This document shows positions 12,754 through 25,799 of a stretch of 64,000 nt of DNA, one piece after another. Every line of letters starts with the position of its first letter. The stretch's first letter is position 1. The DNA lies in assembly GCF_009914755.1 (NCBI RefSeq), contig NC_060935.1; one strand, given 5' to 3'. Source of the DNA: the human T2T-CHM13v2.0 reference genome, Homo sapiens. A model generated the notes under the pieces. It was not told the origin of the DNA, ran no database searches, and saw nothing but the letters and a program-made list of their open reading frames with translations. Both the position numbers and the translations under genes were made by a program.

Positions 12754-13054
12754 GGCCAGGTGTGGTGGCTTACACCTGTAATCCCAGCACTTTAGGAGGC
12801 CAAGGCTGAAGGATTGCTCCAGCCTAGGAGTTCAAGACCAGGCTGGGCAATGTGGAGAGACCCCCTCTCTACAAAAATAATAATAATAATAATAATACAA
12901 ACACAATTAGCCAGACATGGTGGCACACACCTATAGACCCAGCTAGTGGGAGGCTGAGATGACAGAATCAGCTAAGCCCAGAAGTGGAGGCTGCAGTGAG
13001 CCGTGGTTGTGCCACTGAAGTCCAGCTTGGGCAACGGGAGTGAGACCCTGTCTC
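12754..13054 (+). mobile_element. AluJ (within an L2 fragment spanning ~12545-13180)
   Basis: Diverged dimer with (TAA)n middle linker; L2-like flanks. Confidence 0.9.
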
Positions 13055-13359
13055 AAAACAATGAAACAACAAAACCTGTTAACTCGCTCCTGCTCACCTG
13101 GATCTGCAGCACTTACACGGAGCCTGGCTCTTGGTACGTGCTCAGTATGCTTTTAGCAAAGGAAGGCGGGGGGGAAGGAGGGAGGGAAACTGGGAGGAAA
13201 TTTAGCGATCATAAATATGCTTTTAAAAATGTATAGAAAGAAGGACTATTCAATATATGGTGTCGTAGTACAAGCCTAGCAATTTTTGAAAAATATAGCT
13301 AAATCTCTAGCCAACTTCTCGTAGCAAAATAAATTTCAGATGAATTGAAGATTTAACCA

Positions 13360-13665
<306 letters not shown>

Positions 13666-13669
13666 GAAG

Positions 13670-14135
13670 GTTTGACAGTTCCTTAGAAAATTAAGCATAT
13701 CCTTAATATATACAACCTATGTATTTACCCAAAAGAAATGAAAAGTCTGTGTTCACACTAAAACTTGTCTGAATGTTTATAGCAGATTTATTCATAATTG
13801 CCAAACCAAAACATAGAAACAACCCAGATGAATATCCTTCAGTGAACACTGCTCAGCAATAAAAAGGAACATCTCTGGACACATGCAACAAGGTGGCTGA
13901 ATTTCAAATACGTTGTGCCATGAGAAATAAGGCAGCATCAGGAAGAAGGCTGCTTACTGAGTGATCTCACTGATAAAATATTCTGGAAAACGCAAAGCCC
14001 TCGGCATGGAGAAGAGATCAGTGGTTGCTAGGGTTTGGGTTGGAGAGAAGCTGCAGAGAAGCAGCAGGAGGGAATTTTGGGGGCGATGGAACTGCTTTTT
14101 ATCTGGATAGTGTGGTGATGACATGGCTGTGCATT
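13670..14135 (+). mobile_element. L1M (MC/MD/ME) 3' UTR fragment
   Basis: tatttacccaaaagaaatgaaa...aatgtttatagcagatttattcataattgccaaa...agatcagtggttgctaggg. Confidence 0.75.
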
Positions 14136-14179
14136 AATATATTTATTTATTGATAATTCAAGATGATGAAATAAAATCA

Positions 14180-14611
<432 letters not shown>

Positions 14612-14793
14612 CGTTGCAAGCAAGGTGACTGCAGCATGGCCACAGGTGTCAAAGGGAAAAGTGTAGGAATCCAGGAAACTCAATTCTAAGTTATTCTAAG
14701 GACATAATCACATCGTCGCCAAGGTATTTGTGCCTGAAGGAGATCACCTGTACGTAGGTTGATAACCTCCCCAGTCTGGAAAGTATTAATAGC

Positions 14794-15377
14794 TGTGATG
14801 GTTGATTTTGGCTGTCCACTTGACTGGGTGAAGGGATGACCATATGGCCGGTAAAGCATTCTCTCTGGGTGTGGCCTGTGAGAGTGTTTCCAGAAGATAT
14901 TGGCATTTGAATCCGTGGACTAAGAAGATCCACCCTCACTCAACGTGAGCAGGTGCCATCCAATCAGCTGGGGGCCCGGATAGAACAGAAAGGCAAAGGA
15001 AGGGCACATTTGCCGTCTCTTCTGGATCTGGGACACCTGTCTTCTCCTGGCCTTGGGTATCAGAGCTCCAGGTTCTCAGGCCTTTGGCCTCAAACTGAGA
15101 GCAACACTATTGCCCCCCTGGTTCTGAGGCCTTTGGCTTGGGGTGAGCCATGCTATCGACTTCCCTGGTTCTCCCGCTTGCACAGGAGGTCCTGAGACTT
15201 CTCAGCCTCCATCATAGTCTAATCCAATTCCCATAACGAAGCCCCTCTCTGGCTCTCATGCTTGCTCACTCTCTCGTTCTCTCTCTTTCTCCCTCTGTGT
15301 GTGTGTGTGTGTGTGTGAGTGTGTGTAAATGTACACTGTTGGTGCTGTCTCTCTGGAGAACCCTGCTCACTAATACA
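14794..15377 (+). mobile_element. MLT2B-type ERVL solo LTR, including a (TC)/(TG)n microsatellite
   Basis: tgtgatggttgatttt...ccatccaatcagctgggggccc...tctctggagaaccctg...ctaataca. Confidence 0.85.
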
Positions 15378-15647
15378 GCACCCAAAAGCCTGTCAACAGT
15401 GCTATGAATGAACAAATCATGCCATCCTCATGGCAACAGAGTGAATGCACTATTACTACACAACATGTGGATGGATCTCAAAAATGGATTAATCTCACAA
15501 ATATAAGTGCTCAGCACAAATAAAATGCAACACGGGAAAACAATGGAATACTATGCAGCTGACGCAAATGGGGACGTAGATCTCAATTTACAGACACAAA
15601 AAAGAGGACCCCGATCCCTCACTGAGTGGCAGAAGTGCAGTATAGGA

Positions 15648-15797
15648 CATCGCACACAGTCCTGTTCATGAAAAAGCACGCACAGCATCGCACACAGTCC
15701 TGTTCATGAAAAAACACGCACAGCATCGCACACAGTCCTGTTCATGAAAAAGTACGCACAGCATCGCACACAGTCCTGTTTATGAAAAAGCATACAC
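15648..15797. repeat. 38-bp minisatellite, ~3.9 copies
   Basis: Unit catcgcacacagtcctgttcatgaaaaagcacgcacag starting at 15648, 15686, 15724, 15762. Confidence 0.95.
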
Positions 15798-16169
15798 GGT
15801 TGTACTTTCCATGCATGTGCATGCAGGTGGGGAGCTGTGCTGCCAGACATTGTCCACCCAAATATTACCATGATGTGAACAGTCTTAAAGCTGCCAGAGA
15901 TGAGCACAATGCATTGGGGTTTAGAAATATTTTTGCTGTTGCAGGAATGCTATTGCCAAACACAGTTGGATGTGCCTGGCACAGTAAACATTTGTTTGAT
16001 CAACCAAGGGCCATTTCCAAAACGGTGGGGTTTCCGTCAGTGGCCTCCGAGTGGCTGACTCCCCACCGCCCGGCATGCGCACACCTTCCCCTTACACACC
16101 TTCAGAAGCATCCTGGGTCTCCACGTGTCTCACGCCTACTTTGAGCACCCTTCTGTGGGCCCCCCGAAA

Positions 16170-16800
16170 CACTGGGGTCAGCCCAGCTCTGTCCCTGACC
16201 TTCTCCCTTCTCGCAGTTCCCAGTTTTCATAGGTGGCCTTGTCCACAGCCACGTCTGCTCTGCAGCGCAGCCTCTGCTAAGTGCCCCACTTGGACGTCCA
16301 CGTCTGGTCACCTCACTAGGACTCCAGTCTCAGCACATCTGAAAGAGAGCTCAACATTCCACAGTGCTTGTTTCCCTCCACGCTCCCTGCTGGGGGCAGG
16401 GGTGGCAGTACTGTCACCTTAGTGCCCTAAGCGAGGACCCCGGAGGTATCCTGGACCCCTGTTGCTCCGCCACCAGCTCTCACATCTCCGAGCCCTTCAG
16501 AATCAGCCTCCTCCACCTGCCTTGGGTCCCGCTTGTCTCTCCACCTATCCTGCTGGGGCCTGCCGTCATCCATCTGTTGCTGATTTTGAATCTCCTTCAG
16601 CCCCTACGCCTGCCTCATTCACCAGCCCTGGAGCTCTTGGCCTGGCCTCAAACTGCACCTGGCTTTCACTCCTGTCTGGCTTCCATCCCTTCCGCGTCAG
16701 ATCCAAACCCCTCCTCTGGGTAAACGGCCCCTTGGAGGTGCCGACCTTCTCACCCTGCTCCTTCCTCATCCCCTCTTAAGACTGGCTCGCACATCCACTC
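16170..16800 (+). mobile_element. L2 internal fragment
   Basis: C/T-rich, with degenerate L2 motifs (cacttggacgtc...cagcacatctgaaagagagctc; atccaaacccctc). Confidence 0.5.
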
Positions 16801-17267
16801 CCTTCAGAGAACTTCCCAGTTCTCCTGGCTCCACTGTTGCCCCGCCCAGGTAGGGCCAGTTCCCCGAGATCCTGCCCTCAGCTGCGCTTGCTCCTCCTCG
16901 CGGGGAGGGGCTGTATTTTACCTGCCTTGTTGTTTCCTGAGCCCAGCAACCCTCCACATTTGCAGAGTGGAGCCGGTAAAGGTTGGGACTCAGGCCCGGT
17001 TTCCAAACCAGTTCCATGTAAGAAATGTGGCAGAGCTGCTCCTGGGGCGAGTTACATGCCGGCCTCTGGGCTCAGAATCCAGCACAGAAAGGAGGTGCGG
17101 GCTGACTGCTTTCTAGACAAAAACCAGGCCCTGCCAGATGCTGCACCGCGTGCATCTGGCCAAATGCACTCTGCTACGATGCGCTCTGTGAAAATCCTCT
17201 TAAGGGGCACAGTGATTGAATTTATCCCCAAGGTCCAAAGTTTATTTTCGTTAGAAGAATCAACTTT

Positions 17268-17633
17268 GCTCAGGCGCGGTGGCTCACGCCTGTAATCCCA
17301 GCATTTTGGGAGGCGGAGGCAGGCGGATCACTTGAGGTCAAGAGTCAGAGGCCAGCCTGGCCAACATGGTGAAACCTCATCTCTACTAAAAATACAAAAA
17401 TTAGCCGGGCATGGTGGTGTGCGCCTATAATCCCAGCTACTCAGGAGGCTGATGCACGAGAATGGCTTGAACCCATCTCTGATCTCTACTAAAAATACAA
17501 AAATTAGCCGGGCATGGTGGTGTGCGCCTATAATCCCAGCTACTCAGGAGGCTGATGCACGAGAATGGCTTGAACCCAGGAGGCAGATGGGTGACAGAAG
17601 AAGACTGTCTCAAAAAGAAAAAGAAAAAAAAAA
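17268..17633 (+). mobile_element. Rearranged AluS (internal 96-bp duplication plus ~39-bp deletion)
   Basis: Identical copies at 17379-17474 and 17482-17577; TSD aatcaactt. Confidence 0.95.
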
Positions 17634-18342
17634 TCAACTTCTATGCGTTCACTTCTCTGAAGGCAATGTGGGACGTTTTTTAAGTAAATGATCGATAAAG
17701 CAATGAACAGGGTCTACTGGTGCTGTCTGGGAAGGATATGGAGCCACTTGGTCAGTTTCCCACTTTTAAAAAGGCCTCCCTTTGCCCTTCCCCAGGTCAC
17801 AGTTAAGGAAATTAATTCTAAATGGAATAGGCAATATAAAAGTCAAAAGAAAATGGCAAATGGTAAATTACTTGACTTTTTTTTGACAAGAGACCCAAGG
17901 CCTTCTCCCCTGGACAGCCTCCCCTAAGCATCTCATTCCTTATAGGAATCTACCCTGAGGCCAAATGCAAAGTGTACCAAGGGGATCATTTTGTTGGAGA
18001 CGATTACATTCATTTCTTTGGAGTGCAGGATGCAGAGTACATAACTACAGGGTTTAGATAGGGTTTGCTCTATTATAACAAAACAGGATGCTGCCTCTAC
18101 TCAGTCCATCCCTCCCTCTCTGGCTGGGTTTGGGGGATCTGAGGCAGGAGGCCATTCCCAGGCTATGCAGGCTGGAGCCAGCAGGGATCCCCGGAACCCC
18201 AGGTCCCACTCCCTCATCCTCTAAGCTTCGCCACAGCCTCCACTCTTCCCCCCAGAAACTGTCTCTCTTGGGGTCCCATAACCACCCACCCCACCACCCA
18301 GGGCAGGCCCCTGGCCTAGAGGCCGGCTCTAATAGATAAACT

Positions 18343-18396
18343 AGAGCTAGTGCAGCTCGCAGGATCGAGCACCAGAGCTAGTGCAGCTCGCAGGAT
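18343..18396. repeat. 23-bp direct repeat (period 31)
   Basis: agagctagtgcagctcgcaggat at 18343 and 18374. Confidence 0.9.
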
Positions 18397-19129
18397 TGGG
18401 CAGTCGGGCAGAGTGGGAACCCCCAGCTTGGCAGCTGTGCAGTCCTCACTCCCAGCATCTCCCAGCCTTGAGTCGTTTGCAAATCACCATCAGTTCTTCC
18501 CCATCTGCCTGGTCCCTGCAGTCACCTGGTGGTCCCCCTACTGCCCTGTTGTTCCCTGGGTGGTCTGGGCTCCTCTCAGAATGAGCTCATGCACCTCGGG
18601 GAGCTGTGCCCTGGGAAGGCCCCCCTGCACAGCTCCCTCAGCCCCTGGCTCTTCCTCTGTCAACTTCCTCTACTAAAGTGAGGTGGGAGCCAGCCGTCGG
18701 CTGTTTCTATGGCAGTGGAAGTTCAGAGGCTGGCGGGGGCTGCATGAGAGGGCACAGCCACCTCACCAGGCGTGTCCTTCATCGTCCCACCACAGCGTCC
18801 CAAGCTCCACCAAACGTCCCTGGAGAGAGTGCAGACGTTGGAAACAATCCAGGGCTGCAACTAGGATGCTGGAGAGTCAGGCTTTCCCATGTTCATTCTC
18901 ACTGCACTATTATTGTAATTCCATTACTGTTGATTGATTATTAACTAATACTTACATTCTTCATTGTTATTATGAAAATAACAGCATAATAGGTTAACCG
19001 ATGTTTGTCAAGACAGACTCTAAAAATAAAAAGAGCAACCTCCCCCCTGTCAGTCCATGCCCCTCTCTCCATGCCCAGTTCTATCCCAGCTGCCTCTGCA
19101 AGGTGGGAGTGGGTCCAAGCCCAGGCTTT

Positions 19130-19195
19130 GGGAGGAGGAGGAGAAGGGAGGAGGAGGAGGGAGGAGAAGGAGGGAGGAGGAGGGAGGAGGAGGAG
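19130..19195. repeat. (GGA)n polypurine repeat
   Basis: 66 bp of pure purine. Confidence 0.95.
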
Positions 19196-19594
19196 TCTGA
19201 GCCAGGCTTCCTAGATTCCAGAATCTCTCTGATTTGTGTTCCGCACAACATCAGTGGATGCGAATTGTGCCCCTGTGACTTTTTGGACTTTAAAACCACC
19301 CCACCCTCACACTCTCCGCAGAACAAACAGAACATCGTGCTGTCCTTGTGTTTGTGGCAAGACAGGCCAGCGGAAGAATTCATTTCACACTTTGGAACAC
19401 TGAGAATGGGAACAGCCTCATGGAGAGGCTGGCTGGGGGTCGGGGGTGGGTAGAGGAGAGCTGGGAGCTGGCCCTGACTGCGTGGGGACATGGCACATGG
19501 AGCCCTGGAGCCCTGGTCCCCTCTCTGCCAAGTGTACCATCTCTATGATGCTAAGGGGCTTACCTGGACATGCTGAGTCCCAGATTCCTTGTTA

Positions 19595-19918
<324 letters not shown>

Positions 19919-20064
19919 TCCTAGGGACAACAATAGCGTGTCTTCATTGGGTCTTATGAAATGAGGGTAAATGAAATCTCACATAGAGTGAGGCTTGGCA
20001 CAGAGCCTGCCACATAATAGATCCTCAGCAAATGTCAGCTATTGCTGTTATCACAACTGGTTGA

Positions 20065-20330
20065 GAGAATTGCAGGTATTGCATCTGGAAATAGAAGGCT
20101 GGAGGTGGCATTAGGGTTGCCATCAAGATCACTGAGAACAATGGCCTGTGAAGGTTGGATTAGACTTTGCACAGCTCCTGTTGGGACAAAAGTAACATCA
20201 ATGGAACTTTAAAGTGATGATTCGGGTTCAATACAAAGAACTGGCCGTGCCACAAGTTCAGTGGCCCGAGCTGCATTACATTCGGGGTGCACTTTCAGAT
20301 TCAAGAATTTTGATGGCTTGTAAGGAGGGG
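20065..20330 (+). mobile_element. Possible L3/CR1 fragment
   Basis: ggattagacttt...aatggaact...gattcgggttcaatacaaagaact weakly resembles the L3 3' region. Confidence 0.4.
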
Positions 20331-21284
20331 TTAAGGCGTTTAAGACTCATTTTAAAAGAATTTCAGAAATCTGAGAACAAGAGTAAAAACTCCTGCATTT
20401 CCTACAATGCCTCTACAGCATGAAACTGCTGTCTGCACTGCCGTATATCCTCTCCCAGTTGCTGTGGCCACTCTCGGGTGCCTGCTGGATGGCCCCTCTG
20501 TCCACACCCTTTGTACACACAGCAAGCTGCACCTGCTCTCCTGCACATGGCAAGGCCTGTTTCAACCAAAATTCTTTCTTGAAGACAGAACCTTTACTAT
20601 GCCCACCGTTGTAGCAACAGTTCATCTTACTACGTGCTGGACAAAAGATCAAAAGTTGGAGGCAGTTCCTCTATGGAGGTGTTTCCTACCCTGTGGGCCA
20701 CCTGGGCACACCCCTTAGGTGCCCCCAGTCCGGCTCCCGCAGGAACACCCTGGGTTGTCTCACCGGGAGAACCATGTGGCTGGTGGGAAGGGTTCAGGCC
20801 AAGGTGAAACATGACCGGTGACCGGCGTGGAGGCTGCAGTGGGGATCCCTGTGTTGGCTGCAGGGCTGAATGAAAGAACAAGAGAGGTTTCGGCTGAACT
20901 CTTGGAAAATACAGAGAGCCTCCTAACCCTCCTTAGTTAGGAGTGATTAACACTCTTATTAAAGAAACCTTTGTGTTCTAGGCCCTGGCATTAACAGTTA
21001 ATTGGCCCAATAATAATTAGGAATGTACATTACAGAGAATTATAACCAGGGCCTTTCACAGAGTGGTTTGCCCCGGCTCCTCTCCATGTGTTTCCCGAGA
21101 GCCTTTTAATGCAAGGGATGTACGGACTGGCAGACCCAGAGATGCCCGTCCTTTGCTGTTGCAAAGAACTCAAAGAGAACAAGAATGGGGCCTCCATAAA
21201 GGTGGGATAAAGATGCAGAGACAATTTGGAATAAGCAACTGATAATTTTAATAACAGCTAAATATAGATTACTTGCATATCTGA

Positions 21285-21633
<349 letters not shown>

Positions 21634-21648
21634 TAGATTGCTTCATAG

Positions 21649-21965
<317 letters not shown>

Positions 21966-22720
21966 ACGTGTGTTCTTAAAAATAGCAAATTAACCTGAAG
22001 GCGGGGGTAGAAAATGAAAGCAACTAGGTAGATCTGGCCTTTTGTGGGGCTTCAGAATCTTCTTACCAAGTGTCAGGGAGAATAGGTACTCCCTCTCTTG
22101 AGTTGGGTCCTGTTGTGTGACACAGAAGAGGCCATGTGTGCATCTCACCGTGGCAACATGAGGTCAGGACTGAAGAAATTTCCACTCGGAACTCTGACTT
22201 GCTTCTGAAGGCTTTGTTCCAGCACCTGGCAGCCTTATTCTCTGTGTCTTGGGATTAATAACTACTAAAATTTCTGTAAAACAGTCTGCAAAGCAAATTG
22301 TGGTAAAGTGCTGATGATAATTAGGCAAGGAAGGCTGGGAGCTGATTAAATCACAGTGGCTTGATAGATAGGGCCTGGGTGCCCGTTAAAGCTCTGGGCA
22401 CTGTTAGCCAAACTCTAATGCTCGTCTGAGGATGTGAGTTCGAAACCTGTTAACTGCACAGAGGGACTTGTCTGCAGGGTCAGATGGCCTGGGGGCTGCT
22501 GTTGGCCCAGTTGGGGATAGCAGGGTCCTTGGGGATTCTGCTGTGATTTTCACAGTAGAGACCCCATCCCCAACCCACACCAGCAAAGGAGCCTGCCTGG
22601 GCTCTCAAAGGGGAGCTAGGTCAGTTGTAGATCAAAGGGAAGAACGTTGCAGGCTAACTGGAGAGCAAACCCTCAGAAGAGGAGAGGGGAGCAGTGCTGC
22701 AGGCAGCCAGAGGAGACCTG

Positions 22721-23091
22721 TGTCAGCCAGTATGGGCTGAGTTATTTTGTGGTAACAAACATCCCCCACTCCAGGTGGCTTAGCACAACAACATGATTTC
22801 TCACGTCATTTATTTTTCACTGTGGGAAGCTGACCCTCCAGAGCAACTGTCCTCCATGAACCTCCAAAATTGTCACCACAAAGGAAGAGTGGGCGATGGG
22901 GATCACCCACCAGCTCTTAAATGCTCCCTCCTGGAAGTGGCACACCCCCTGACATTCACACCCCATCAGCCAAGGAAAGCAACCAGCCAGGCCTAACTCA
23001 AGGAGGCAGGAAAAGGTCGTAGTCCTTCTGTGTTCAGGAAGGGAAGGAGAAGTAGAGCTAGGACTGATCGGCCTCAGCAGTGTTTACCACA
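22721..23091 (-). mobile_element. Old MLT1 (J/K-like) LTR
   Basis: tgtcag...tgtggtaacaaac...ctcttaaatgctccctcctggaagtggcacac...taccaca. Confidence 0.6.
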
Positions 23092-23255
23092 AGGCCATGT
23101 TTTATGTAGAAACGCAGGGTCAGCTTTCCTGGGGTTGGGGCCTTCACCAATGGCTCCTGTCATTGGAGGGATTATACCCATGCAGGTAATGCCCCCTCCC
23201 TAAGAGCACACAGCCCGCCTCCCTCCTATATCAAGAAGAAGGAGGATATTAAAGC

Positions 23256-23261
23256 CACACA

Positions 23262-23300
<39 letters not shown>
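23256..23300. repeat. (CA)n microsatellite with one TA interruption
   Basis: Directly visible. Confidence 0.95.
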
Positions 23301-23302
<2 letters not shown>

Positions 23303-23324
23303 CTCAAATACTAGTGTTGGACTC

Positions 23325-23575
23325 TATAGTGTTGAAATGCTTGGGCTTCAAGTCAAACAACTGAATTTGAGTCCTGACTGTCACCCACTAGGGTGTGACT
23401 TTGGACAAGTAACTTAATCTTCTAAGCCTCTGTTTTCTCATTTTTGAAATGGGAATCATAATGATAAACATCTCATCAGATTATGGTGAGAATTAAATAA
23501 GATAATTTAAGTGAAATCCTCATAAAAGGTGCTCTGAATGGTGAGATATTTGCAGCTATCACCATTGTCATTATT
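23325..23575 (+). mobile_element. MIR
   Basis: gtgtgactttggacaagtaacttaatcttctaagcctctgttttctcatt, MIR core. Confidence 0.85.
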
Positions 23576-23752
23576 CGTGATATAAATTACATTCTACTCA
23601 CTAACATTCACAGCAATTCAAGCCCAAAAAACAAAATGGAGCAAGATCTGAAGAATTACTGTAGCAGCCACAAAATACTAGTTCCAGCTTGGTTTCTAAA
23701 GCCCTCATTACTTATTCAGCAGAATCCCAACTTCTCTTTTTATTTCTTTTCA

Positions 23753-24811
23753 TGCAGTGCACTGGATTGCATTATTGTTCAGCAAATATCGACTCTACTC
23801 CCCCACCCCACCCTGCCATTCCACCATGGGTGAAGTTTACTCATTCGCCCCATTGATGTTGCCTTGGCCAATGATATGACTTGCTTTGGCCAATAGAACC
23901 TGGATGGGACTGAGCACCCTGACCTGGTGGTAAGGAATGCAGTGCAGGTGCCCACCAGTCCTCACTTACTCCTGATCTCCACTCTGAGCAGAACAGACCC
24001 CAGAGATGGCTGCCCCTTCATCCTCAGTCTCAGAAGGAGAGACTGTTAGAAATGCTTGTTCCCTGGTGCCACAAAGAAATAGCACTTGAACATAAATTTA
24101 GTTCTCTCAGTAAGGCAATTTTTACTTTCTGCAGAAAGGGTGCTCATCACAGATGGAACAATGGCAAGAGCACACCTGAACAAAGGAGAGAAGCAATTTT
24201 TATCCCTTATGCAGTTTGTGCCTGCTACTGTGTCCTGTCTCCATTGGCTAGAGCTGGACCACACAATCTAAACTAAAACCCGACTGGCTAATAATTTTAA
24301 AACTTTTCTAAATAGGTAAAAGCAATGGAAAACAGAGGAAAAGAGGAAGTTGCTTATAAAAGGACTTAGAAAAGTAATAACATTCCCAAATAAGGAAGGG
24401 GCATGGGCTGCGAGCTGGGACAGGCCTGTGAGCAAGTCTAGCACAAATATTTTGGTGAAAGTACAAGGACATAGAATGTACTACGTGCCTGTGAGCATGT
24501 CTAACAGCTACATAGGATAGGGCTTAACAAAGAGTTATTAGCATAAAGCAAGGAGGCTTGAAGGAAGTTAGTCTTTAAAAGAAACTTATTTGTTAACACT
24601 TATGATTTATTCTTTAATAAGAAGGGCAAATTTGAAGAGGAACTTTTACTTCTACAGAGACCCACGGAGGTGTCTTCTTGGCAGCGCTTCTGACCACAGC
24701 CTAGATCCCAGCCCAGTGAAGCCCGCTGAGTCTCGTAAGAAACACGTGCTTGTGATCAGAAGACGTTAAGGTTTTGGGGTTGTTTGTTACCACAGCAAAA
24801 GCTGACTAATA
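23753..24811 (+). mobile_element. Old MLT1 (H/I-like) LTR interrupted by an LTR10-type element
   Basis: tgacttgctttggccaatagaa... on the left; ttttggggttgtttgttaccacagcaaaagctgactaata on the right. Confidence 0.7.
24044..24656 (-). mobile_element. ERV1 solo LTR, LTR10 family (LTR10C-like)
   Basis: TG...CA termini, 5-bp TSD gagac (24039-24043, 24657-24661); minus strand starts TGTAGAAGTAAAAGTTCCTCTTCAAA as in recalled LTR10C. Confidence 0.8.
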
Positions 24812-25335
24812 CCCTTAGAATAGGAAAAGGACTTTCCTTGATCACAGATTGTCTGCCAAATACATTCAGCTTCAGCATTAAAGAAGAGATAGGCACACGC
24901 CATTTTATTTAGCTTCACTTTATTGCATTTTTTGCAAATTGGAGGTTTGTGGCAACCATGTATCAAGCAAGTGAATCAGTGGCATCTTTCCAACAATATG
25001 AGCTTGATTCGTGTTTTTTTGTCACGTTTTGATAAATATTGCCATATTTCAAACCTTTCTGTTACGAATAGTTCTGTGATGGTGGTCTGTGATCGGAAAT
25101 CTTTGCTGTTACTGTTGTAGTTGTTTTAGAGCACCATCAACCGATTGATAAATGCTGAGTGTGTTCCGACCAATCCACCAACTGGCCATTCCCCTCTCTC
25201 CCTCTCCTCAGGCCTCCCCATTCCCTGAGACACAGCAGTATTGAAATTAGGCCAATTAATGACCCTACAATGGCCTCTAGGTGTCAAGTGAAAGGAAGAG
25301 TCACATGCCTCCCTCTTTAAATCAAAAGCTAGAAA

Positions 25336-25799
25336 TATGCGGTGTTTGGTTTTTTGTTCTTGCGATAGTTTGCTGAGAATGATGGTTTCCAGTTTCATCT
25401 ATGTCCCTACAAAGGACATGAACTCATCATTTTTTATGGCTGCATAGTATTCCATGGTGTATATGTACCACATTTTCTTAATCCAGTCTATCATTGTTGG
25501 ACATTCAGGTTGGTTCCAAGTCTTTGCTATTGTGAATAGTGCTGCTATAAAAATCACTCACAGGTGGGAATTGAACAATGAGAACACAGGGACACAGCAA
25601 GGGGAACATCACACACTGGGGACTGTTGTGGGGTGGGGGGAGGGGGGAGGGATAGCATTAGGAGATACACCTAATGCTAAATGACGAGTTAATGGGTGCA
25701 GCACACCAACATGGCACAGGTGTACATATGTAACAAACCTGCATGTTGTGCACACGTACCCTAAAACTTAAAGTATAATAATAATAAAAGAAAAAAAAA
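25336..25799 (+). mobile_element. 5'-inverted (twin-primed) L1PA3/4-like insertion
   Basis: Inverted ORF2 C-terminal segment at 25336-25553, forward 3'UTR and tail at 25554-25799; TSD aaaagctagaaa (25324-25335, 25796-25807). Confidence 0.9.

Noticed and set aside
15648-15797. CRISPR-like array (38-bp unit)
   Set aside because: Head-to-tail units with no unique spacers and no cas genes, in primate DNA; the same applies to the 57-bp and 41-bp repeats.
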